Positions 49,322 to 62,682 are shown, numbered from the stretch's first letter. The stretch: 64,000 nucleotides of DNA from Penicillus capitatus (GCA_965649825.1 OZ287707.1:774292-838291), one strand, 5' to 3'. Notes: generated from the letters alone by a model not told the origin. Program-made: numbers and translations.

Positions 49322-51091
49322 ATGGACGGAAGTCGAGAACCGAGGGATCCTTTCGCGGACCCGAGCACAACCAAGAAAATAGAATCGCACCAACAGAGCA
49401 CGATTCCGCCCGTGAAACGTCCACGACAGAAAGGACTTCAGTTTGACTTAGCAAACGTGCAACAGCAGCAACAAGCGCGCAACGATTGTACTGCGGACCT
49501 CTCTATGCAACTACATGGTTAGCCTCGTTTGTGTTTGACAATGAGTCGATATGTGTTTGTTCGTTCGTGCGGTTCAGGGTTCTATCAAGATGTCGCTATG
49601 CACGGCAATGATGTTTCACAATGGTACCCAGACTTGCCACTCCAGCATTATCCCCGAAGGGATACCCCGGTGCCAGATGTAGAAATGGAAGGTGCACCAT
49701 ATGCAGAAGACCATGCGTTATGGAAAGTGCGATTCCCTCTCTTAGATGCACAAGAGGAGCCTTGTCCCCCGGCGTCTGTTCATCACTGGTTACGAAAATC
49801 ACCTCAGCCACGACAACACCGTCCGCTTCAACCAGTTGAACGTTTCACCCCGCGAAAACCTCGTGAAGGACCGCCTATGATGATGGGACATGTCCCCTTC
49901 GCCGTAGAGACACTTGAAGACCGGATGGCGACGTCACCTTTTTCGGCTGTACGCACAGAGCGTGATAGATTTATGGAGATGATGAGTGGACCACCACCTC
50001 CGGCGATATTCGATCCGCAACCCCGTCCTGGAATGGCGGCCATGCCGCAGCCACACGCACGAAAACTACCGTCTCATGCGGGAGGGCTGTTCGGCGAGGA
50101 TGGCGTTTACGATGAATTCTCGTCTGCTTTACCAGCTGGAAAGGAATGGGGAGGTAACTGCAAAGAAGCTGAAGCTGCATTGGCCGGACAGAGACTCCGG
50201 CAACCCAGGCGGTCACGTGCCCCTGGTCCAAACAGAGAACCAGATCTGGGAGGGTACTTCGCTCGACAGAATAATCTATACGACTTCGGTTGCACACCTG
50301 TCGAAGTGGCTCACGAACGCAGCCAGGGTCGCCTCTCTGTCATGAGAGAGAGGCTAAGACGACTGGAGCATAGACATAGTCCATTGGAAGACAACAGAGA
50401 ACAGGTACCCTCCTCCATCACTGACAGATGCACCTCTGTTGCTCACATGGTGTGATGACGATGCAGGAGAGTCGAGCAACCATAGAGCGACATAGAGCAA
50501 GACAGCAATCCCGTGAACGCCGTTCTCCTTGCAGAGGCAGCGAGTTCGGCGCGCTGATGAATGTGTTAGGCCTGGTTCCGGATGACGATGGTCCAAGCAG
50601 CACGAGAGACACAAGTTCTGGCATTTCGCGCATGCGAGAAGTGCGTTCTTTGCTTCAAGAATGCTGTTGGTATGTGCAACGAGATATGTGTGTACGATTA
50701 GGCGATGTTTGGTATCGTCAATTCGAGATTGCCTCCACATCTGTTGTTTTCTGACCGCGACTTTGATGGAGACGATTACGAGTTTCTCTCGCGACTGGAC
50801 GATGCTGTCGAGAGCAAGAAGGGAGCAGATGACAAGATCATCAATAAAATCGATTTGTGTGCCTTTGATTCTGGAGGACTGACGCGCTATTCATCCGAGA
50901 AGGCCGAATGTCGATGCCCCATCTGTCTGGAAAACTTTGCCGAAGGAGAGGAGATTCGTGTGATGCCCTGCCAACACCAGTATCATCGCTGTTGCTTGGA
51001 TAAATGGCTCAAGATCAAGGCTGTTTGTCCAATCTGTAACATGAACATAAAAGACAAGTTTTTGGAAGATGCTGACAGCCCTGACATCTGA
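49322..51091 (+). CDS. RING-H2 E3 ubiquitin ligase with disordered N-terminus
   Basis: DRDFDGDDYEFLSRLDD followed by CPICLENF...PCQHQYHRCCLDKWL...CPIC. Confidence 0.85.
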
Positions 51092-51629
51092 ACAACATTA
51101 AAGCAAGATGACGAATGATCACTGCCTAGGCGCGGCCGACCGCGTCAGATTTTTCTTCATTATTGTCTTTAGTGCTGTTACCGGTGCATACACACTAATT
51201 AAGTATCCGCTTTTCTAGACATGTGACGCCGTAATGTCTAAGAGTCCAAGGAAGATACAATGTCCGATCGTATCTGACAAACACATACGTATCCACGGGT
51301 TTCTTTCTCAGAGTGGGTTTCAGATTCTTGTTCCAACCTCAATGCAGGAATGGTACAGATCGTTCTGGTTTGGCGGAGTGCTGTTCTGTCATGACAGACG
51401 ACCCAAAAATAACAACTGTTTATGTTCTCTCTTTCCTAAGCTAGAAAAATCGGGTGTCGCCCTTTAACGTTCTCTGAGACGGAGTAGATGCCTTAAGAAA
51501 GGTTTCGGAATGCTCACGGGATGATGCCTTTCAACAAAAAGCTTCTTATTGAGATCCGCCTCGAGTTCTTCAATTTCCAAGGAAGGATAGAGTTTAGTCA
51601 TGACAGCAGATGTAAAGGTCGTTGCAGAT

Positions 51630-54078
51630 TTAATCAATACCATTCCTGTGTGCTACATCGAGATCACGAGCGACGGCGCATGGGACATCGAGAGAAGAAG
51701 AGCATGCATCGAACAGAGACAGTGTCTCCGTCCGTCCCTCGATGTTGATCTCAGAGATCGTATCGTGAGATGCACTATCGCTGCTGATGGAGACGAGACT
51801 CTCATCCGATTCTTCGAGAATCGTCTCCAGCAGCAAAGAATCTGCCAAAGAGGAAAGATGCGTTTCGGCGGAGACGGCAGAGGACTCTGCTTCTTTCCCA
51901 CTCGTGCACAGATCTTCGTTGGTGTCTACTGATGACGTGTCTGAGAGACGTGCAGATTCGTTATCCGTCTGCGATGAGCCCTCCCCTGTTGAGAGAAGGG
52001 ACGAGAGGCGTGACAGCAGAGACAGCGAATTCTCGGAAACTCTGTCCAGTCCTCTTAGCAGCGCATTCGTGTCTGAGATGGTCTCTGGTGGCGGCGGCGG
52101 CAGTTCCGACGACTCTGATACCGGAGACGATATTATCGTTTCGGACACCAGTGGCGTTTCCGTTTCAGATGCTACGGACTCCCATGGAAGTGGAACGAGA
52201 GGGTTGGAGGAGACGTGCGTGTCTGGGTTTGAAAGCGGTGGAGTTGTTAACCATAGAAAAGAATCATCGAATTCAGATGGCGGCGTTTTTGCCACTGCGC
52301 CGCCACCATCCACCTCGGAACTGGACGAAACGAGCAGCGCAGCCAAATCTTCCAGCGACACGACGTCGCTGCCGTTTGAGATTTCGGAGAGCGATGCGTC
52401 GAAGTATGTCTGCATGAAGAGATCTGTGTCCATAGAGAGAACCTCAGACAGAGCGTCCTCATAATCACGAAGTGGCCGGGCCTCGCTGACTTCGAGGTCT
52501 TCCAGTGCGTCCTTTTTTCTGTGTTTTTGTTTTTCTCCCGAAACGATTTCGTTCTGTGCCTTGGTAATAGCATTCGGAATTGGATTTTGCTCTTCTACCG
52601 CCGTCTCTGGTTTTCGTCGCGTTTCTCTTTGTCTGCACTGCACAGGATTCGATATCCGTCTGCTGGATGTGATCTGATCGCTACGAGGGTCAGAACGACG
52701 TAAGGATACACTCTTGTCAGCGTTCGCATCGACATGAGACTTATGCACTGGCACGACCGTTTCTTTCTTCTTTGAGTGTGTTGTTCGTGAAGGCACTCGA
52801 TATCTCTTCCGTGGGAGATCCCCTTCGTCAAATCCAGTCATCATTCCTTTCGTCGACGTTCTCGGCGTTTGCAAGACCACGGGCTTCGATCGATACGATA
52901 TATGAGGTCGCTGCAGAGGAACGCTATCTCTTACCTCCGCATCGGCGTCGGTTTGGATTCCGACATCAGTGCAGAGATGAGTCGGCGAAGGTCTCTTTTC
53001 ATTTTGCGGTTTGCGTGAGAACTGGGGTCGATTGACTGTCGGAGAGGATCTCTGACGCTCAACGTCGTTTAGCGATTGCCGAACCGCTTCCTCTGCCTCT
53101 GCATCGTTTGCCAAGTGCTGTATACGATGAACGAGCGGAACGCGATTGGCTAACGATTCCTCCTGTTTTCTGCGAATCTCCGATTTTCGCAGGCTTTCCA
53201 AATGCGTCTCGCGAATCTGACGTCGGACAATGGCGTGTTCCCTGAGCAAGGCAACTTCTCCTCGACATCTCGCCTTCTCGTCCGCAAGAAAACGCTCCTT
53301 TTCGGCGACGTGCTGTCGTTTTGTCACTCTACGCAAACAGCCATCGTCAACACGATCGCAGATGCGTCGCCACTAACCGAATCTGCTCATTCTTCGCAGC
53401 GGCCATTGCATTCCCTTGCTCTTTGCAGGTGAGATGTTTATAGGCTCCGTCCGCAATGCCCAGTTGTTGGTGCGTTCGGCTAAAACGGAAATCGATGGCG
53501 TGGTCTGTCCACCGTTGACACGCTCGACTCTGCGTCCATTCCTTTTCGTCGTTTGATACAGATCGGCCTTCTGTCACGAGCGACGCCCCATACTTATTCG
53601 CCATTTCTCGACATTGCCTTTTGCTGGCTTCTCTTTTCTGGAGCAGATGCACCAGGAAACGCTTTTTCTCTGCATCCGCCTTCCGCAGTAAGTGCACGGC
53701 TCGGTTAAAACACTGATGTCGATGTCGATCGTCGATTCTCTGCTGCCGTTCTCGTTTTCTCTCATCCGATCGTTCCGTTTGCGCAATGCTTTCTGCGTTC
53801 TTCTGTGCTCGACCGATGTCTTTTATCTCACGACTGTACTGACGCATCAACGCCGTCACCATTCGGTCACGCGATGCATCTTGTGCGGCGCGTCTTTGAC
53901 GATTGTTCAATGCTTTGGATTCCGTCTCAGAGCATTTGTGCTTCTGAAGCTGCTCTGCCTCAAACAGTCGTGCCTGTCGACGCACGCGGACAATGCGTTC
54001 CAGACGCAATGCTTGAGAAGCTTCGGCAACGCGCTTCTGCTGCTCGTCAAACGACAGTCTATACGATCCGAATGTCAT
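51630..54078 (-). CDS. Large coiled-coil/disordered protein with CEP295(Ana1)-like N-terminus
   Basis: ORFs 53347..54210 and 51630..53336 joined by an intron near 53370; YRLS...LRLERIVRVRRQ...YSREIKDIGRAQKNA pattern; Ser/Glu-rich C-terminus. Confidence 0.5.
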
Positions 54079-54253
54079 TCGGGCAATGTTCACGGTCATG
54101 TGTCTCTTGCTTAACACATCGACCGACGTAACCGCCTTGCGGAGATTTCGAGGTTCCCACAATGCCGCCGCACTTTCTCGCAAATTGCACTCAAGCATTA
54201 ACAATTCCACAGAACGTTGCGGTCTTCCATGACGACACCGTCACGCGAGGAGA

Positions 54254-56981
54254 ATGGCGACAATCAAGGTCACGTCGCGAACAGATGACCGGAGCACTGA
54301 CGTTTCTCCAGGATCGCAGCCCTCGGTAGACATCTTCAAGGAGCTGGACCAGATTACGCCGTCTGTGACAGATCAGTTACAGGTGACACGTCATTTGGAG
54401 TACCATCCGTTTCACGCTTCAGCCTGATATATACCAAGGCGTTTTGCTCTCTGGCTGTTCACCAGATGAAGCAGTACCCTTCGATGGTGCAAAACCTGCA
54501 GAGCAGTATTCAGACCCTCTGCGAAAACGTCAACAAGATCCATTCGCGCATCGACTCTCTCGAAGTTCCGTCTTAGAGAGACGGACAACAGATATCATCA
54601 CAAATGCGTTTAGTCTAAAGAGAAGGAAGAATTTCGATTGATCCGAGAGGAAAGCGCTCGGGCAGATCTCAGACTCAGAGACATAGAGGACGATTTCCGC
54701 AACGTCTTCAATTGGCAAGGCATGCACACGGAAGAGATGAAACAGGGACGCGTGGCAGCATCGCAGCGGTTTGAAGATCTATCCTCGAGGCTGGATAACG
54801 TCGATCAGAATCTCAGAGATGTTCACCGAGTACTATGCTGTCCGGCTTCCGATGATGCATAACGTCGACAGTGATCAATCAGGAGGCGGCAAAGCGCATG
54901 GACGCCATCGAATTGTCTGCCTGTACGAATGCAGAGATCAGAGATGATATGCACTGCCGACTGAAGCATCTCACCGAAGAGTTTGAGACGCAGAGAGACC
55001 ACGAAATGCAGAAACGGCATTCGATGCAATCGCATATCGAAGGTGGCCATTACCATATCTATCGCTCTATCCTTACGGCAAAATCGATGCTGCTAGAACA
55101 CGATGCTCGCTTGATTCTGGTAGAAGAGAGGGCGGAAACGTTGGCTGCTGATCTCAAGGGGGCCAGAGATGGCATCGATCGCTTGGATGGTAAATGCGGA
55201 CGGTTGGAGACCGCAACAGATTTGCTCAGGACGGATATCGCTGCAACGGAGAGAGAACTGACCAAATGCGAAAGTCATACGCACGAACTGCAGTCTTTCC
55301 GGGAAACGGCAGATCTCCAAATACATACCGTGGAGAGAAGGCTGACCGATCTGGAAACAGATGGTCGCATCGAACGACTCGAAGAGCTCTTCCCACGCAT
55401 CTCCCAGATCGAGAAGGCCGTCCAGGAAGATGAGCAACGCATCACCGAGCGGCAAGATAAAACCGAGGCTGCGGTAAACCTGCAGGACTAGGATTCTTCG
55501 ATCCGTGCATGGTTGGGTGACAGATTCAAGATTTGACCCTGCAGACATCGCAGGCGCATCCCAAAGTGTGGTCTTTGCTCTCAGAGATGAAGACAGCGAC
55601 GAACGAGTTACTGGAGCTGCGACATACGATGGATGGTCTCGTCCTGGATGCCGAGGATTCTCAGCATGCCTTGATGTCTCTCAATGCCAATAACGATCAA
55701 CTGAAGGAGAACGCCGAACGACTTAACGGTATCGTGCAGGAAATGCAGGAAGAAAGAGTAAGTCGGATTCTGTCGATGGAGTGACGATGGAGCTTACTTG
55801 AAGGCGGTGGAAACGAAGAGAATCTGGAGCTTCATTGACGAGACTATGGTCAAATCTGCCCCACGGATGTATGAGATTGAGAATATCCATAAGAATCTGG
55901 CAGCGCTTCGAATGGAGCTTCTGGACCAGATTGAAGATTCGAAGAGTACGGTCAAGTTCGATCTCTTGCATGATCAATCGCCTCAGATCAGTCGGATCAA
56001 GGTATCTGTGTGTGTCTGTCTCCCCATGACACTCCTCATTCAAGGAATACATCGAACAACAAGAGAATGGGCAATCCAAACTGAAGAAACGGGTGCTGCT
56101 ACTGGAAGAGAACTTGAAGGCACAGACAACGTTACTGGGCAAAACGGAGCGTCAGTTAGCCGATGCCATGCAAAGAATGCCTGCCATTGATGCCGCTCAT
56201 GAAGAGATCGCTGATATTCCAAAGATCAAACAGAGACTCCAGCAACTCGGTCATTCGACACAGAGTGTACAGGAACAAATATTGCTGTTGAAGAGACAGA
56301 CGGCCGACGTCAATGATCGTTCGCTTTCGAGATGCTCAAGCCTGAGATCTTCCGTCATGCTCAATCCTGCCATGATGGGACTGTCGAATAAGAGAGCCAG
56401 TAAAAGCCTAAGTCGGTTCTTCGTTGCAGAGCAGGAATCGCAGCAGCAGTCATCGAAAGGAGGACCGAGTCCCCTGTGGACGGCAGACACAGTGCCGGAG
56501 AAATCTGAGCAAGAAGAAACGTCTTCTCACGCTCGCGTTCTGCCAACAACAGAAACAAAAGAGAGTCAGATAGAGGAGTGCAAACAGTCGACGCCTCGCC
56601 AACGTTCACACCACGTCGATTTCACACTGATATGTTCATCTATGTACTGCAGATGTGGATCCACGTCTCTGCAACATACTGGAGAAGCTCGTCGAGTGGC
56701 TGCAGTGTGGATCTGACGTGTCAACTAAGGGGTCGCCCTTCTTGGGTGTCTCCAAAGAAGACATGGCGTATCTCCTTCACCGATCGGAACGGTATGGATG
56801 GATGCAGATGATGACGACGAGCTTGGCGCTGATAACGTCTCGGATGCAGGTATACACAGAGGGTCTAATTCGTCAGGTCTTACATAATTGTCATCATCCT
56901 TGTTCATGCGTAGCTTCTACACTGATTGTTGGCCTGTGTCTATTAGGAAGCCACACTAAACAAACATCTCCACGATGTTGA
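54254..56981 (+). CDS. Long multi-exon coiled-coil hypothetical protein
   Basis: Consecutive heptad-rich exons (54638, 54871, 55533, 55798, 56093, 56655) with GT-AG boundaries. Confidence 0.55.
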
Positions 56982-58002
56982 GTCAGAATCCTGGAACATT
57001 AGAACTTCTTCCGTATGCCAGCCTTGTATATTCTCAGCGTCAGAGTGTCAGCAGCAGGAGAATAAAGTTGAAAAGAATGTACGCCAAGACAACCCACAGC
57101 CCAGACTAGACAAAAGACAAGACGACAGCCCCACAGCGGCACAAACAAAGCATCCAGCTCCGTAGGTCGTGAATTCACTCATTCAGCTGAGAGCGTCTCC
57201 TTGTTTGATAAAAGGGCTGTACCACTCGCCATGACAGCAACAAGATATGGCCAAAGATCGGAATCGGTGGCTCCGCTCATTTTGATGCCGACAGCTCGTT
57301 TTTACACACAACGAAGAAACATTGCTGAAGAGCAGCAAAAGATTCTGGCATCTATGCAGAGTGAGGACTCGACATAGTCCACCGAGCGACAGATTTGCCA
57401 GAGTATCACCGTGTCACACTTGTAATATGAAGCAATTGGCCGCCTCTCATCGACCCCTCGATCCTCGAAGGCTGATAGGCCTGCACAAATGAAACATACA
57501 AAAGTGCAACATTTGCACAGTAGTAATGATATCATGAGAATCAAACAGAACAACGCATTGGCAAAAAAGCATAAGCAGTATTATAAAACGAATCAACGTC
57601 CGTCAAAACGGATGAAAGAGGGAGAAGGTCGACACGTAAGCTGTCTCATATAACAACAGCCTGATAACGGCAACCTAACAACATGCATGCTCGGCGTGTT
57701 ACAGCGATGAACAACGATGAAAAAGTCGTCTTCAGTAACGGAGATCCAGTCATGTTCTTGTGCCAAGCAAAAAGAACACTTGCTCCGCCGACATTCTGTT
57801 CGGGTCCAATGCAAGAAAAAATTTTGATAGGTGCGAATGAAACAGTAGGTGAGCAAGGAGCTGACGACTATTAGGAAACAGGAAACGTTGTTGGCAAAAT
57901 CCACGAACATCAGTTCTCTCTAAATGAAAGGGCTTCATTGTGTTTGTTACACATAATAATGTAAGCAGTGGGTGGCGGCGGCGGGTGGGATTCGAGATTC
58001 TA

Positions 58003-58638
58003 TCAGCATGCTCGAACCATATCTGGAAGCGTCGGTAGAAATTCCATGACGACGTCCTCTTCTTCTTCATAAAACAGATATGGATGGTGCCTGTAGTCAC
58101 GAGACGACATAGAACACGATGATGCACTGGAGCTGCAAGATCTGCAGCCTAATGGACTCGATGGACAGTTCTGTTCCTCTATGAGCGATCGATAGCAGTC
58201 AGCTTCCAAGGCCTCTAAAGAAGGAAAGGCAATGGATGGTATATCTTCATGTCGAATATCGACGCTTGGGCAGGAGAGGGCGGCGGGGTTTAGGGAATCT
58301 GTTGAGTTCAGAAGATAGTTTGCGTTCCACAAGGGGCATTCCGATCTCGCCGCCTCACCGACTTGGCTGCTGTGCTGTGACGAGCAGTACTCCTTGCGAA
58401 CCTCTGCTTCAATTCTTTGACCGATCCGCTTGAGTCTCTTATCGAAGGGGGATTTTGGACGAAGAGCACAGGGGCGCTCGTTCTGAATATCTTGGGGGAA
58501 TCGAGGGGGTCGTTTAGGCACGGAACGTTTTTTCAACGATGGCCTTTCTGCTACCATCGGCACATCGTCGTCTTCAAATTCGCAAACCACTTTTCGCCTT
58601 CCAAAGCAGTTTGAAAACAGTCGAGTGATTCTTCCCAT
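58003..58638 (-). CDS. Single-exon hypothetical protein, possibly N-acylated
   Basis: 211-codon ORF starting MGRITRLFSNCFG; no family recognised. Confidence 0.5.
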   Translation of the reverse strand: MGRITRLFSNCFGRRKVVCEFEDDDVPMVAERPSLKKRSVPKRPPRFPQDIQNERPCALRPKSPFDKRLKRIGQRIEAEVRKEYCSSQHSSQVGEAARSECPLWNANYLLNSTDSLNPAALSCPSVDIRHEDIPSIAFPSLEALEADCYRSLIEEQNCPSSPLGCRSCSSSASSCSMSSRDYRHHPYLFYEEEEDVVMEFLPTLPDMVRAC

Positions 58639-58824
58639 TCCGTACACACCAGAAAGAAGCTTTTACAACACTGAAACACGACAACAAGCGCGTTTCGGCC
58701 GCAGTCGTAGGCAATCTTACCCGACAGATGTTCAACTCGGGCGAACTCAGACCAAAGACGTAATTCGGCTAACCGTCTGCCGCGTCCCGTGCTATCGGCA
58801 TCCAGACCACAATCGTGCATCATT

Positions 58825-60169
58825 ATGTCCGCGGAGCAGCTCCAACATCTACAACAGTGTGGGTGGAGATGTCGACCGACCGTTCGTCCATAATGACGCA
58901 TGCCGCTGGCGGACGATCGAAAGTGTTTTAGTTTTGGGAGGAGTTATGTGAAGGAGAGGCTCTGACGACAACCGCCATTCAGGAAAAACTCCTTTCAGCC
59001 GATTTGCGTGAGGTCGAGCATCGCTGACAAATTTCTTCTCGGAACCGTCGATCCTTCGAAGATTGGCATAGGCTCTCTGTCCGATGTATTGGCCAAAGGA
59101 CGCGAATTTGCCATTCGCGAAAACTTTGTCCTTCAGCTCGTTTCCGCGAGAAACGTTGCGCAATCCGAGCAGCGAGATGCAAATGACGAAACGCCTTACA
59201 AGAGAAGGACGATGTTGTTAGTCTTGACGGACGGGAGAGCACGCATTCGCTGCTTGGATGCCAAAGATGTGGTATCGCTGTCCTCTCAGATACCACCGGG
59301 AACCAAGATGCTCCTCAAAGGAGGGATGGTCAGGAAAGGTGTCGTTCTATTGGAAGCCGGATGTCTGGAGGTCGGTCGGTCTCTGTGCACGGGCACACTT
59401 TTGAAGGTCATGTCACGAACAGGTTCTTGGTGGACGCGTGGATTCGTTGGCGGAGGAGTGGGAGTTTCAACAAAGATACGGTAAGCTTCGGCCCAAGGCA
59501 GACGAGGAAGACGAAGCGCCGTCATTTGAACATTTTGATCCGAAAAAACCGCGAACGACGGTTGGGATTGGATCCTTCAGTACCTTCGATATCCTCAACA
59601 AGAATCTAGAGGTCCACTAGGCGAATGCTCTCGATCAAGATATTAGGGAGATGTTTAGGGAATGGCAGCCGATCGCGAAAGACCTCCATCGTCGTCGACA
59701 CAACGGACGATGGCACCTTCATCGGGCGCACGCATTTTTCAAAATCGCCAACAGATCAGAGCGAAGCTTCTGGACGAAATGCCGGATCTCCCTTCCTCCT
59801 CAAATGTATATCCGCCCATCGTCTTGTACATTGGACATGTTCATTTTTCAGATGCCTCGAGGGAGAGGACGCGGAAGGGGGAGAGGACGTGCTCGAGATG
59901 CCTCCCAATTTCAGTCCATGCAGCAGACGCTCACACTCGAAGAATACGAAGCAACGCAACAGCCTTCACACAATACAGCTCGTGATGCAGATTTGGCTAA
60001 AGAGTTGGATCGACAGTTGAATACAGAAGAGTCGCACACTGCCGAGAAAGATCTGATGGCATCGATGTTCTCCTACGCACCCAAAAAAGAACAACCCACG
60101 ACGCAGTCGCATCGTTCGGGTCGAGGACGAGGCCGCGGTAGGCGCGGTCGAGGACGCGGCAGAAGATGA
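58825..60169 (+). CDS. TDRD3/RMI1-like protein (DUF1767 + OB fold, RGG/RG tail)
   Basis: LLSADLRE|IG, FVLQL, RRTMLLVLTDG, IPPGTKMLL, GVVLLE...|VLGGRVDSL, APSFEHF, C-terminal GRGRGRG repeats. Confidence 0.75.
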
Positions 60170-60201
60170 TCCTTAAAAAGTGTGACCGATCTAGCAAAAT
60201 C

Positions 60202-61074
60202 TCACTCTTCTTTTTCCGGGCCATAGAATCCCTGAATGTATTCCAGTGCGCCCTTTTCGATGACGATTTTATCCGCCCTCAAGATGTCGTAGACATTCAG
60301 GTGTTCTGTGCTGTTAATCACCAGTTTCTCGATATTTCGACCGGCAAGATACAGGTCTCTGTTTTTGTTATCTGTGATCAGAAGACAGTGTTGCGTTCGG
60401 GAGACACCCCATCGTTCCAGAGCCGCCACGACTGATTTGGTCTTGATGTCTGAGAACTTCCCCTCAAGACTTTCTGTAATGATAACATCTTCTGCGGCAC
60501 TTTGCAGAGCTGTTGCCAGGGCCAACCGTCGCTCCTTTTTGTTCATCTTGATACTCCAATCCCGCGGCTAAAGAGTAAAAAAGTGAGATGGTGTGTCCAG
60601 TAGATCGATGGGCACCTTTGGGCCGAAGATCACACCACCGCCGACAATGAGTGGTGAACGATTTGATCCTCGACGTGCTCTGCCTCCTCCTTTTTGTGCG
60701 TAAGGTTTCCTTCCGCCCCCGCGGACCTCGCCTCGTGTCTTTGTACTGGCATTGCCCTGTGAGGGATCATCAATGCTTGAGTCTTTTCCTGAATTGTTTA
60801 CCTTTCGCATATCGCGTCGCACTTTGACGACATAGCGATGCACCAGTCCCTTGGCCGTTTCCGGATCGGCGACTTTGAGGGAAAGGGAATCGTTTCCGAC
60901 GACTTCCCCTTCAAAACCCTTGATTTCCAACGGAACTGGCGGCGCAACGATCGACATTCGTATGCAGGGGGTCAACGTGCGCCCAACCGTGCGAGAAGAG
61001 GGGAGAGGCGACACCAAAGGGACGCCATAGATCGGCTTCGGCGTCGCCAACTGGGTTCCGATTAACTGACGCAT
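60202..61074 (-). CDS. rpl4: Plastid 50S ribosomal protein L4 (nuclear-encoded); first exon probably further upstream
   Basis: [40 protein letters not shown]|[21 protein letters not shown]. Confidence 0.95.
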
Positions 61075-61262
61075 TGCAAAAAGAAAATGAAAGGACGTTT
61101 AGATTGAAAGCTCTTCTGTCATTCCACTCACCAAAGCGACATTTCCAGAATCAAAGGCAGATACTCGTAAACCCGTGCATACAACACTCCATAAACATCC
61201 GCTTGATTGTGAGAAGGTAAGGATGGCCCGGTGTGGATAAGGTATCCCCGGGGTAATGGGAA

Positions 61263-62421
61263 TTACAAAGCGCGTTCGATGATCATTGTGACACTTGCGT
61301 TTTCTTCAAGTGCACTACCTATAGCGTTTTTGAACTTTCTCCATGGCTGGCCATCGGCACCGAACACAACCTAAGGCATCATTCACCACTGCATAGATAG
61401 AACGCGAAGCACGACGATGTGTTTCTCTGGCAGATTCATGCCAAGCAAAGCGGCGGTTGGGTAGACAAAATTGGTACAGGTCAGAGCTCGTACGACATCG
61501 CCTAGAACACATTCTCCCATCGTGTTCGTTTTGAGTGGCCACAAGCGAGGCAACCTTTCATCGGAGCATTCATATCAGGTGCATCATCGCTCAGTTGTGA
61601 GATCTACAGGCCGTGACTGAGTAAAAGGTTGAGTGGTCGCGATTTTGGGTAGACTCTTTGTCGTTGTTCTGCTGAACTGCCTGGAAGAATCTCCTGAACA
61701 ACAATGCAGTTCTGTTCCCTGTTCTCTGAAAATGCGATGCCTAATGGGCGAGACAACGAAAAGACGAATAGCTTGGATGGAAATCTTAAGATCTTCGAAA
61801 AAAGGTACGTCCTGCAGCCGAATCATCTATCAGAAAGCTCTTCCCTGAAAAAATATGATCAAACCGAGGTTCCAATTTCTGTACAGGCCCGACATCAATT
61901 CGAATGCGTTCGCCTCTTTCGTCAGAAGCGACGGGCCATGGCGTGAATCCGATAGCTTTGAAAACAAGTTCTCCCTACGGAAGAGTGAGCTAAGTGAGTG
62001 ATGGGACAGCATGCGACCTTGGCATCGCGTTCTGGTCGCTGACCCTCATCTCCTTGAAACACGACGCCTGTGACCGGATCCTCAAAGATCTCATCATTCG
62101 CCAGCAGAGATTTGGGAATAGGCCGAAGGAGATAGGCCACCCAGATGGCCGCAACGCAGAGTGGGATTCCAATGACGACGAGAGATGTCTGATCAGCTGT
62201 GGTCTGGCATTCCTCGAGCATCACGCAAACGTCACATCACAGCACGACTCTTGAATAAGGACTTCGGTGAAACAGACAGGAGGGATAGCGGTGATATCGA
62301 AAAAGCATCTGAACTCGTTATGACGTCGGAGACGGCGCTCCATCATCCGATGTGGTATAGATCGGTTTGTATGCGCCGTCGGCGTGATCGCCTTCGTGCA
62401 CAAGGAGAGACTGCCTGCCAT
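61263..62421 (-). CDS. Plastid-targeted single-TM protein with PDZ-like C-terminal domain
   Basis: Transit-peptide-like start, TM VVIGIPLCVAAIWVAYLL, then LSRPLGIAF...LPGSSAEQ...GDVVRALTCTNFVY...FGADGQPW...VTMIIER. Confidence 0.55.
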
Positions 62422-62682
62422 ACCTCCCTGACGAATTCACGTCTGTCACATCAGCCGTTTCACTCGGCGCTCCACAGCGCCTTTCTTATCCGACGTCTTC
62501 TATAGATCAGGAGAATTTGGCGCATTTCCGTTCAGGCGACGTGTCTTTGCACAGAAACCAAGCATCCCGAGCCGAGCACTATGACTTTTCATCCATCCAC
62601 TACCAGTCAAGATCTCCATAGCCGTTTACTAAGTCAGACGAGGCATGTCATCTTTGCGTTCGAGTTAGAGAGCGACGAACAG

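Noticed and set aside
51787-52464. 225 aa Ser-rich antisense ORF (similar cases 39110..39661, 7815..8459, 24164..24730)
   Set aside because: Reverse-complement shadows of genuine CDSs with stop-poor codon usage
57040-57960. Hydrophobic, Cys-rich short ORFs on minus (57302..57553, 57593..57910) suggesting a membrane protein
   Set aside because: Could not build a consistent spliced model or recognise a family; may be a real gene and needs RNA-seq
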